Notes under the pieces: model-generated
The model's database searches: none
What the model saw: only the letters and a program-made list of their open reading frames with translations
Told to the model about the DNA's origin: nothing
Part shown: in pieces, positions 56,361 to 64,000 of the stretch
Position numbering within the stretch: position 1 is the first letter of the stretch
How the letters are laid out: each line of letters opens with the position of its first letter
Source of the DNA: a virus
Lineage: Duplodnaviria > Caudoviricetes
IMG/VR virus record: IMGVR_UViG_3300027804_002812
Coordinates: 1-64,000 of that record
Strand: one strand, 5' to 3'
DNA: 64,000 nt
Made by a program: the position numbers and the translations under genes

Positions 56361-57362
56361 CTAGTCTTCTTTTTCTTCTTTCAAGGTAAAGTCACCATCA
56401 GAACCGATAATATCTTTCCAATAATCGGCGTATTCTTTTTTGTAAGCTTCAATGGATGTCTTTTCTTCTGAAGCTTCTTTACCCGCTAAAAATCCATGTG
56501 GCGTTACGATAATTTTCCCATCTTCGTATCCCAATCCATTGATGTGGTTTTTCAATACAGACACTTTAGTTCTTGTTGCAAACTTAACACTTCTCTTGTC
56601 TTTTGTTGCAGTAATCTTGTTAGTTCCCGCTCCTTTTTGGTTACCAAATAAAAATACCAAAGATGAGTTTAACCAAATTGCCTCACCACCTTTTGCCTTA
56701 ATTTTTGGTTGACCAAAAGGATTATCAGGAAGTTCAACCCAAGGCTGATTAACAATAACCAAAGTGTTTTCATATTTTGAATCCGCTTTACGCGAACCTG
56801 AAATACGTTGATTAATACCCATACCAATTTTGTCCGCTAAAGTAGAAGCGTTGTGTTGTTTACCACCTTTACCCTCAAAGGTCATCTTACATGGAACGGA
56901 ACCAACAGAATCCCAAAGGAACAATAAACTATAATCCAATTCACCTTTCTCTTGAGCATCTAACAAACTATTGATGTAGTCGGTTATCTGTTCGATGTAA
57001 TCAAAGTTGTTATTGAAGATATAGAATCCATCCCAATCCAATTCTCCTGTTTCCTCATCAACAATTTCCTCACATTGAAAACCCATCAACTTGGCGTGCT
57101 CAAAACTCCACTTTTGTTCTGTAATAATAAACACAGGAAGAATACCTTTCTTTTGAGCATCAACCGCAGTCTTTACCAACGCAGTAGTCTTACCTGTATC
57201 AGAATGGCCCAAGAACATATTAAGATGTCCAATGGCTGGACCAGGAAGTCCTACGGCGTCCAAAAAGTCAGGACCTAAATCAAAAAATCTTTGAGGTTTA
57301 TATTTTGCCGAAGTTGAGAATTTTTTCTTCAAACTTTCGAAGTCGTTTTTTTTAATAGCCAT
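56361..57362 (-). CDS. recA: RecA/UvsX-like recombinase
   Basis: GHSDTGKTT (Walker A), LWDSVG, IVNQ, GGEAI, KVSVLKNHI. Confidence 0.85.
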   Translation of the reverse strand: MAIKKNDFESLKKKFSTSAKYKPQRFFDLGPDFLDAVGLPGPAIGHLNMFLGHSDTGKTTALVKTAVDAQKKGILPVFIITEQKWSFEHAKLMGFQCEEIVDEETGELDWDGFYIFNNNFDYIEQITDYINSLLDAQEKGELDYSLLFLWDSVGSVPCKMTFEGKGGKQHNASTLADKIGMGINQRISGSRKADSKYENTLVIVNQPWVELPDNPFGQPKIKAKGGEAIWLNSSLVFLFGNQKGAGTNKITATKDKRSVKFATRTKVSVLKNHINGLGYEDGKIIVTPHGFLAGKEASEEKTSIEAYKKEYADYWKDIIGSDGDFTLKEEKED

Positions 57363-57377
57363 AAGGAATGTGAGTAA

Positions 57378-57406
57378 AACTCGGACACTAAAATAGTATC
57401 CGAGTT
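57378..57406 (-). other. 12-bp RNA hairpin between ssb and recA (weak terminator or stabiliser)
   Basis: Coding strand AACTCGGATACT-ATTTT-AGTGTCCGAGTT with one U-G pair; only a short U-run follows. Confidence 0.5.
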
Positions 57407-57417
57407 AAGTTGTTTAA

Positions 57418-58266
57418 TTAGAATGGTAAATCTGATGATGGTTCGTCGTCCATCTGCGGATCTACGTATGAGGACTTTTTGGAACCTCCACCGAATGATT
57501 CAGTTTCAACTGAACTGTCACCATAAACGTAACCACCTTTTTCAGAGTCCCACTTAGGAGTTTCTCCTCTTGCGATTGCTTCAAGATAATCAACAGGTTT
57601 TTTGGAGTAAACGTCCATCCATGTCAATTCATCTTCAATCCAAGCCTTTGCTTGTTGTTTGTCTTCATGTACAGGAGCAGGATCGTCATACATAATAGTT
57701 GACACTGTTGTATATTCTTTACCCTTAGGAGTTTTTGCTTTAGCAAGTTCAATGACTAAGTCACGTCCTTTTTCAGGGTCAGTAATATCTCCTTTGTTTC
57801 TCCAAATAGGAATAATTTTGTCAAGGATTCCATCATTCTTGAAGTTGTGTTTGAATCTCCAAAACTTTGGACCATCTTCCTCGTGGTCTCTATCAATTAC
57901 TTTCACAATATAGAATTTTCGTGAACGATACTGAGCCGCCAATAATTTATCAGACTCTTTACCTGTAGACATCAATTCTTCGTAAACCTCATTCAAAGGT
58001 GAACGTTCGTTGTCATTTTTTCCTGGATCGTAGAATTTCTGCCACTGTCCACCCACTTGAATTTCGTGGTACCACGCTTCTTTGAATGGTGATGAACCAT
58101 CTGGTGTAGGGAGAATTCTAACTCTTCTCTGTCCTGATTTCTCTTTATCTCCTAAGATTAAAGCGAAATACTTTTTCATTCTTTCGTCTTGCGACATTTT
58201 TGATTGGGCCCCGCCCCCTTGCTGATTTTTTTCGTACTGTGCCAATACGGCGTCTAATGAACTCAT
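57418..58266 (-). CDS. Single-stranded DNA-binding protein, T4 gp32-like
   Basis: RVRILP..DGSSPFKEAWYH, FYIVKVIDR, GPKFWRF, DITDPEKGRDL, acidic C-terminal DDEPSSDLPF. Confidence 0.82.
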   Translation of the reverse strand: MSSLDAVLAQYEKNQQGGGAQSKMSQDERMKKYFALILGDKEKSGQRRVRILPTPDGSSPFKEAWYHEIQVGGQWQKFYDPGKNDNERSPLNEVYEELMSTGKESDKLLAAQYRSRKFYIVKVIDRDHEEDGPKFWRFKHNFKNDGILDKIIPIWRNKGDITDPEKGRDLVIELAKAKTPKGKEYTTVSTIMYDDPAPVHEDKQQAKAWIEDELTWMDVYSKKPVDYLEAIARGETPKWDSEKGGYVYGDSSVETESFGGGSKKSSYVDPQMDDEPSSDLPF

Positions 58267-58303
58267 AGTTTTTTTTAAGAATTAAAATGATAAATTATAT
58301 AGA

Positions 58304-58334
58304 CAAAGATAACTAAAAGTTTGAATAAGTCAAA
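58304..58334 (-). promoter_or_regulatory. Bacteroidota-type housekeeping promoter (-33 TTTG / -7 TAnnTTTG) upstream of ssb
   Basis: Coding strand TTTG-N19-TATCTTTG, directly after a terminator and about 38 nt before the ssb ATG. Confidence 0.6.
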
Positions 58335-58360
58335 CAAAAAAGGTACCCGAAGGTACCTTT
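58332..58360 (-). terminator. Rho-independent terminator with UUCG loop
   Basis: Coding strand AAAGGTACC-TTCG-GGTACCTTT followed by TTTGTTTG. Confidence 0.88.
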
Positions 58361-58378
58361 CAAACGTTTCGTTCAGTT

Positions 58379-59056
58379 TTATCTGAATGATGTTTTGTAA
58401 ACTTCATTATCTAATCCACCACCAGGTTGGAAGGAATTTTTAATGTCGTTTACATTAATATCAGTAACTTCGTCTGCAGTTAAAACATAATCATTTTTTC
58501 CTGTCTTTTCCATTTCTTCTGACTTATCATCAAAAAATTGTGAAAGTTTTTGACTGAATGGATAAGAGTCATATGTTCTTAACTCTAACTTTTCTTGTGG
58601 AGTTTTTTCTCTATATTTTTCAATCTTATTCTCAAGAGAGTTAAGTTTGTTCATGATGTTATCCATCTCACCTAACTTAGATTGTAAATCATTAAGTTGA
58701 TTGAACAAGTTATTAAAATACTCTTCTTGTTTGATTTCTATATTTTTTTGTGAATCAACCAATTCAGTTATATCTAATTCTTCCGTACCACTTTCTCCCG
58801 TCGCTTCTTCTGATTCACCTTCATCATCAATCTTCTCAACGTCAGGGTCTGATTCAACATCAATAGGTTGTGGTTCATTTGTCGGAGCAGGTGGAGGTGT
58901 TGCCTCTGCAGGTGCAGGTGCTGCCTCAGCTCCAGGTACTGGTGCCAATGCTCCTAATGCGTCCTCTTCAGGTGTTGCTCCTACTTGTTCTAAAATATAC
59001 TGATTGATTTTTCTGTGTCTTTCAATCTCCTTGATAATTTTTTTATCTAAACTCAT
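58379..59056 (-). CDS. Acidic, Pro/Ala-rich hypothetical protein with a coiled coil
   Basis: PVPGAEAAPAPAEATPPPAP linker, acidic tract, heptad segment FNQLNDLQSKLGEMDNIMNKLNSLENKIE. Confidence 0.7.
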   Translation of the reverse strand: MSLDKKIIKEIERHRKINQYILEQVGATPEEDALGALAPVPGAEAAPAPAEATPPPAPTNEPQPIDVESDPDVEKIDDEGESEEATGESGTEELDITELVDSQKNIEIKQEEYFNNLFNQLNDLQSKLGEMDNIMNKLNSLENKIEKYREKTPQEKLELRTYDSYPFSQKLSQFFDDKSEEMEKTGKNDYVLTADEVTDINVNDIKNSFQPGGGLDNEVYKTSFR

Positions 59057-59059
59057 TGG

Positions 59060-59284
59060 TTAGCCATTTAATAATGTTTTTATTCCGTTAGCGGTTTCTA
59101 CTCTAACTCTTCGGTTAGCTGTAGTTTGGTGTCCAGCTCTTTCGATAAGACCGTCTCTTTCTCTTACTGTGTAGCAATCACCAGTATCCAAGTCACAAAC
59201 TTGTTTGGTTCCGTCTCCATTGTCCTCCTGTGAAAATCTAACAGATTTACCAAGATAATTGTCTAATGCTGATTTAATGTTCAT
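59060..59284 (-). CDS. Small hypothetical protein
   Basis: 74-aa ORF with its own TATTTATA motif upstream; VCDLDTGDCYTV. Confidence 0.65.
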   Translation of the reverse strand: MNIKSALDNYLGKSVRFSQEDNGDGTKQVCDLDTGDCYTVRERDGLIERAGHQTTANRRVRVETANGIKTLLNG

Positions 59285-59297
59285 AAGAATCTTTTTA

Positions 59298-59305
59298 TAT
59301 AAATA
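59298..59305 (-). promoter_or_regulatory. TATTTATA motif (candidate late promoter element)
   Basis: 13 nt upstream of the ATG at 59284, intergenic. Confidence 0.45.
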
Positions 59306-59315
59306 TGTTGTTATG

Positions 59316-62300
59316 TTATAAAGTAAATTTTTGGGAAGTTACTGTGAAGGTTGAACCTGGTGAATTAACATCAGTATAAGTCAAAATCATTTGGAACTCA
59401 CCCAATGCCTTTATTTCTAATATATTTGTATATTTTGTATCGGGTCCATTTGTTACAGTTGTATTCAATAGATTTAATTCAGGGAATCTTACAATTTTGG
59501 TTTGTGTTACAGTCAAGTTTGTAGTTGGGGTAAATTGGAAAGTGTAGTATCCTCCATTTGGTTTTACAACATTGTAATAACTATTTCCCATATAATTTGG
59601 CAGTTCACCTGAATTGGTGTCGGATACTAAAATAATTTTTCCAATTCCTGATGGAGATTGTTGTGGTACATTTACCACAAATTCATAATTTAATGGTTCA
59701 TTTTTAGGATTTTTTGTCCTGTCGTCAGGTATTGCCGTCAAAGTAATATTAACAACCGCTTTTATGTTTTCAGATTTGAATTCATCAAGATTCAACAAAG
59801 TACTCATTTGTTGTTTATTTATAGAAAATTCTTGTTGGTCTTGTGAAACAAAGTTTTCAAGTTTTTGATTATTTTGTTCCTTAATCACTTCCTCTTTTAG
59901 AACATTATTTGGGCCGACAATTAATTTATAAATGGTATAACTGTAAACATTGGTTTCACTAATTTTCCACCCTTGTACCTGAGGATTTATTCTCACATCT
60001 AACTCCAAAGTATTACCCAATTCGTCTCTAAATATTTCATAGATAAAAGGTAACTCTCCAGTATTTTGTGGATTAATATTTATACCAACAATATTCTGTT
60101 GTGAAGTAGTCAGTTGTTGTTGAGTATTAGTATTTGCATATCCTCCTGGTGATGATGTTGTGGTATTCTCCAGTGCCGAATTAAATGTAAAATCAACCAA
60201 ACTTTCGAAGGTTCCGAATTCAGTAATGACGGTGATTCTTCCTGTTGCAACATTTTGTCCTTCAGGGATTTGAATTTCAGGTAGAATAAATCTTAATGTT
60301 TCAGAATTGAACACTGTGATATCCTTCAACTCAACATCTTTATCAATTACTCTGATTGATTTCAAAGACTCAAAATTTCTACCGTTCACTTGAACAATCG
60401 TACCTGTAAATCCAGCAGATGGTGAGAATGTAGATAAAACTGGTGGTGGACAAGTTTGACCAATAGTTGGAGTTACAGTTGGTGTTTGTTCTTGGTTTCC
60501 GTTGTTTTCATTATTTTCAATATCTTTAAGTATTTCGTTCTTTGTCTTCAATCCAGATTCCGCAGCCGAAGTTAAAGCCTTGTCAAATGTTTGTTTAGTC
60601 TGTAAAAATTCATCTTCATTTTCATCGTAGTATTCTTCGGAAATGTTATCCACAGGCCAATGACAAACATAATATTTTGATAATCCAAGTCGAGCGATTC
60701 TTCCAGTATCGACATTTTCTCGGAGTCTTCCAGCCATAAATTGGATATATTTGTCTAATGACTCAAAATGAGCAATTGGCTCTGAAGACGTGTTTTCCGG
60801 ATTAGTTCGTATGTTGATACAACTATATGTTTTTTGTAAAAGAGAAACTTGTCCAAACCAATCTTGACTTAAAGATAATGTCGCAAAATTATTATTCCAT
60901 CCATTGAACATACCAGCTCCAGTATTAGAAGCTTCTTGATAAGTTCTGATGTAAGAAATAGTATATATTGCAACTTGTAAATCAACATTATTAGGTATCA
61001 ATCTTCTCAATGCATTCGCAAAATCTTGTGGGGTCATTTCGGTTAATGTAGCATTGACCACTTCATATCCACCATTAGTGTACACAGGCGCAGTTATTTT
61101 TGAACTACATGAATTTGTCGTGTCTTTTGTGTTATCCGCCTGTTGTACAACTTGAGATGATTTAACATTATCAGTTGTTGCACTAATTTTTAGTTGGTCT
61201 TTATTTATCTTCAGTATCTCTTCTAACTTTGTAATCAAATTTTGATTAATACTTTGTAGGAAACTATCTATAGTCGGCAAATCAAAATAACCTTGTCTTG
61301 TTCCATCAAATGTAGTCTGAAATGACCCTTGTTGAATTGTATGAGTTACATCCGTAATTAAATATGGTCCATCAAACATAGGAACGTGCCGTAAATTAAA
61401 ATACATTGTAGGTTGTATTAACGCATTTCCCAAACTTGTTATCGAACATTTATATGACCTATTTTTATATAAGTTATATAAACTATTATTTTGTGTCGCT
61501 ATCTGTCTACCTGAAGCTTGATTTGCCATGTCAAGTTGAACATTAATCGATTCAGATGTTGCAACCCCGTTATCTTGCGAAACACTTAATGCATAAAAAA
61601 TGTTTTGATTTCTAATTCCAACATCGACGTTGAAACCAACACACTTGTTTGAAAGAGCCCAATCCTTTTTTCCCTGTTGGTCTTCTAACAACGGATTACC
61701 AGAAGATCTTCTCATCTCAAATGCATCATCTCTATATTTGGAATCTCCTTTAGGTAATTTCAAATATTGTGAAGGTTTTCCAGCATAAAAACAAACCATC
61801 TTTGGCCCCGAATTTCTATAATCAACATCTAAAAATGTTCCCCATAAATTATTTGCAAATTGTTCAGGTCTATCAAGTTTTGGAGTTGCGGTCACATCAA
61901 CATCTTGTATATTATAAAAATTTACATATGCGGGAAGTGGCATCACAACAAAATTATTTTTAATCAAAATACCACTTATAAAAGTGAAAACACTCATTGC
62001 TTGATTGAGTGAAAATTCTCCAGGAGTTTTACCTCCAACACCAAACATGTATTTCAAATCAAAAATATCGAGTAATATACTCTCACCAATATTTCTTGAT
62101 GCTCTATCCAAAAACAACATATCTTCAAATAGAGTTTTGGTTTTCCAATCCCCACCAGCTATCCACTTGTCATTCAATGCTTTGAAAACTTCATAATTTT
62201 CTACCTTACTTTGGTCTCCAGTGATAACACTATTAATTACACGTTCAGGTAATTGTACTTGGTCTGGTAAATCTTTCCTTAATCGACTCAAAACTCCATT

Positions 62301-64000
62301 CAAAAAATTGTTTTGTATTAGTGTTTCTCTTTCAAGATATTGATTTAGTTGATTTTGAAATTGTATTGCATTCAGATTTGGATTATTTAATTTCTGAGTA
62401 GCGTACATTTTAATAATCGGGGCTAACAATGTAACATTATCACTAGTGAATGCTATATTGTTATCGATAAAAAAATCTGTAATATATGACCCTATTGAAC
62501 TATATCTAACGTTGGGGATTGTTGAGAACCCTACTTCTGTTTCCAAAGTTGTCCAAGCTTGTCTATTATTAATTTGAGATTGACTTAATGTTAAATTACC
62601 ACCAGCACTCGGAAGAGAATTAGGTACGTAAGGTTCAAAAGTAATGGGGTCTACAACTTCCTGAGTATTATTATGTGATAAGTAAGAATCAAAAATTCTC
62701 CTTTCATAGTTGGAAGGATTACCATATTTGAATATGACATCATATTCCATAAATGATTTTATACCATTTTGAAATACTGAATATTGATCGTTAATCACAT
62801 TGTTGAAATATAATTCGTCAGTTTCTGTTTGTGTTTTAGCAGGAACTACCATTAAACTTCTGAATAATGATTGGAAGTTTTTGAAAGTCGAATTTGGGTC
62901 AACAGGAGATTGTCCAAACGTGACAATATTTCTCCCTGTTGAAGCATTACCAATTGGTTTACAAAAGTTCAAAAACTCAGTTTCAAACGAATCTAAAATT
63001 TTCTTTTCGAACACAGAAAACACTTCTTCTATTTTTGTATAGTTGTCTTGTGTTAGAAAATACAATGGTGTTTGGCTATTTCCAGTCGTGATTGAAGTTA
63101 AATAAGAATCTGGTTCAGGGAATGCCAACTGATTGCTATCGAAATATCCAAAATTAGGTGCCGACCATAAACATCTTACCGACCCATTGTACATGTTCGG
63201 ATTGTTAGTTAAATCCACAACAGTTGCTGGAGATGTTGTTTGCGCACTCAAACAAGAATCAACTGTTTGATTGAATGATGTTCCAAACGACGGAATTACG
63301 AAATAATCATCACCTACAGTATTATCTTTAGGGTTACAATCAACTGGAGGTCTGATAGTTATGTTTGGTAATAAAATTGACCATGTAGTCAATCTTAAAT
63401 TTTTATCCCCTTGTTTAGCACTATTAATGTTTGATGAACTGAAATTATATAATTTCATGCCAGAATTAACACTCTGTTGGATTTCCTCACTTGTATAATT
63501 TTCGTACAAATCATATCCGTTTAGAAAAACGTTGAAGTCGTTAATAACTTTAGGATAAAATCCGACTTGCATCTGAATTTGAGTGTCCTCTTCGCTTTGA
63601 AGTGTTATTTTTGTATCTACGTTTGAATACTTGAATTCATACGTTTCGGTTACAGCACTTGTAACAGGATAGTAATTACCCGCATAATCAAAGTTTTTCC
63701 AAGCACTTTCTAATATATCAACATTCGACTCTTTGTATTTTTTGTACCTGTGCCAAATCGAACCATATTTTAGAATCCAAGCATATGGTAACTTGTGGAT
63801 TGCACCAAATTTTTTGAATGTTGATGATATATAATCCAAGTCGGTTGTAATATTGTTAGAAACAGATTTGTATTTTTCTCTCAATGTTGCCAAAGGTAAT
63901 GAATTCAAGAACATATATGCCGCTTGAACATATGGATAGGTGTTCCCTGACAACCTAGAATTATAAACTCCGTTTTGCACAGCATTTATAAAGTAAGGGG
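59316..64000 (-). CDS. Giant baseplate-hub-like structural protein, partial (start outside window), with a hub beta-barrel, possible muramidase-like region and IPT/TIG domain
   Basis: Frame is open to the right edge (PYFINAVQNG...); GNALIQPTMYF...GPYLITDVTHTIQQGSFQTTF (gpD/gp27/VgrG-type); PVLSTFSPSAGFTGTIVQVNGRNF (IPT/TIG). Confidence 0.65.
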   Translation of the reverse strand, partial: PYFINAVQNGVYNSRLSGNTYPYVQAAYMFLNSLPLATLREKYKSVSNNITTDLDYISSTFKKFGAIHKLPYAWILKYGSIWHRYKKYKESNVDILESAWKNFDYAGNYYPVTSAVTETYEFKYSNVDTKITLQSEEDTQIQMQVGFYPKVINDFNVFLNGYDLYENYTSEEIQQSVNSGMKLYNFSSSNINSAKQGDKNLRLTTWSILLPNITIRPPVDCNPKDNTVGDDYFVIPSFGTSFNQTVDSCLSAQTTSPATVVDLTNNPNMYNGSVRCLWSAPNFGYFDSNQLAFPEPDSYLTSITTGNSQTPLYFLTQDNYTKIEEVFSVFEKKILDSFETEFLNFCKPIGNASTGRNIVTFGQSPVDPNSTFKNFQSLFRSLMVVPAKTQTETDELYFNNVINDQYSVFQNGIKSFMEYDVIFKYGNPSNYERRIFDSYLSHNNTQEVVDPITFEPYVPNSLPSAGGNLTLSQSQINNRQAWTTLETEVGFSTIPNVRYSSIGSYITDFFIDNNIAFTSDNVTLLAPIIKMYATQKLNNPNLNAIQFQNQLNQYLERETLIQNNFLNGVLSRLRKDLPDQVQLPERVINSVITGDQSKVENYEVFKALNDKWIAGGDWKTKTLFEDMLFLDRASRNIGESILLDIFDLKYMFGVGGKTPGEFSLNQAMSVFTFISGILIKNNFVVMPLPAYVNFYNIQDVDVTATPKLDRPEQFANNLWGTFLDVDYRNSGPKMVCFYAGKPSQYLKLPKGDSKYRDDAFEMRRSSGNPLLEDQQGKKDWALSNKCVGFNVDVGIRNQNIFYALSVSQDNGVATSESINVQLDMANQASGRQIATQNNSLYNLYKNRSYKCSITSLGNALIQPTMYFNLRHVPMFDGPYLITDVTHTIQQGSFQTTFDGTRQGYFDLPTIDSFLQSINQNLITKLEEILKINKDQLKISATTDNVKSSQVVQQADNTKDTTNSCSSKITAPVYTNGGYEVVNATLTEMTPQDFANALRRLIPNNVDLQVAIYTISYIRTYQEASNTGAGMFNGWNNNFATLSLSQDWFGQVSLLQKTYSCINIRTNPENTSSEPIAHFESLDKYIQFMAGRLRENVDTGRIARLGLSKYYVCHWPVDNISEEYYDENEDEFLQTKQTFDKALTSAAESGLKTKNEILKDIENNENNGNQEQTPTVTPTIGQTCPPPVLSTFSPSAGFTGTIVQVNGRNFESLKSIRVIDKDVELKDITVFNSETLRFILPEIQIPEGQNVATGRITVITEFGTFESLVDFTFNSALENTTTSSPGGYANTNTQQQLTTSQQNIVGININPQNTGELPFIYEIFRDELGNTLELDVRINPQVQGWKISETNVYSYTIYKLIVGPNNVLKEEVIKEQNNQKLENFVSQDQQEFSINKQQMSTLLNLDEFKSENIKAVVNITLTAIPDDRTKNPKNEPLNYEFVVNVPQQSPSGIGKIILVSDTNSGELPNYMGNSYYNVVKPNGGYYTFQFTPTTNLTVTQTKIVRFPELNLLNTTVTNGPDTKYTNILEIKALGEFQMILTYTDVNSPGSTFTVTSQKFTL

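Noticed and set aside
50041-57362. Introns, inteins or homing endonucleases in nrdA, nrdB, helicase or recA
   Set aside because: All are continuous and of normal length, with no Cys...His-Asn splice motifs or LAGLIDADG/HNH inserts.
1308-63042. Numerous short plus-strand and nested ORFs (e.g. 1308..1832, 24965..25309, 51404..51823, 55337..55714)
   Set aside because: Antisense to well-supported minus-strand genes, with hydrophobic Ser/Leu/Ile-rich shadow composition and no motifs.
1-64000. Giant eukaryotic virus (NCLDV) origin, suggested by collagen-like repeats, sugar enzymes and RNR
   Set aside because: gp25 and gp6-like baseplate, S74, RecA, gp32-like SSB, overlapping genes and bacterial terminators indicate a tailed bacteriophage.
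1-64000. Alternative genetic code, tRNA or rRNA genes
   Set aside because: Conserved genes are full length in code 11; intergenic gaps are under about 115 bp and show no cloverleaf.

Overview
A 64-kb, AT-rich, gene-dense segment of a large tailed bacteriophage with a contractile tail (myovirus-like). Every credible gene is on the minus strand, often with ATGA/TAATG-type overlaps, and the standard genetic code reads through without interruption. Blocks in transcription order (right to left): (i) a partial baseplate-hub-like giant protein and two small genes (64000-58379); (ii) a terminator-bounded replication/nucleotide cassette (gp32-like SSB, RecA, 5'-3' exonuclease, hypothetical, DnaB-like helicase, nrdB, nrdA; 58266-50041); (iii) baseplate and tail genes (gp25-like, gp6/J-like wedge, several large structural proteins, an SprB-repeat protein; 49957-32796); (iv) a 1706-aa proline-free Gly-Thr-Ser (Gly-X-Y) repeat fibre with a C-terminal S74 chaperone (32736-27616); (v) a >=27-kb glycan biosynthesis/modification island of about 27 genes running off the left edge. 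The island holds about ten glycosyltransferase-like genes, three SDR epimerases, a nucleotide-sugar dehydrogenase, a ColD-type 3-dehydratase, a minimal DegT enzyme, a StrB1-like amidinotransferase, a methyltransferase, four SGNH-like proteins, two N-terminal-twitch radical SAM enzymes and four LamG lectin-like domains fused to or inserted in enzymes. The best candidate for an undescribed system is this island plus the Ser/Thr-rich fibre next to it, read as a phage-encoded cytoplasmic glycosylation pathway making an unusually decorated glycan (3,6-dideoxy, guanidino, methyl, acyl), probably for the virion. A Bacteroidota-type promoter, lack of Shine-Dalgarno motifs and SprB repeats suggest a Bacteroidota host. 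No tRNA, rRNA, CRISPR array, intron, intein or transposase was seen. All family calls come from motif recognition by eye, not database searches.
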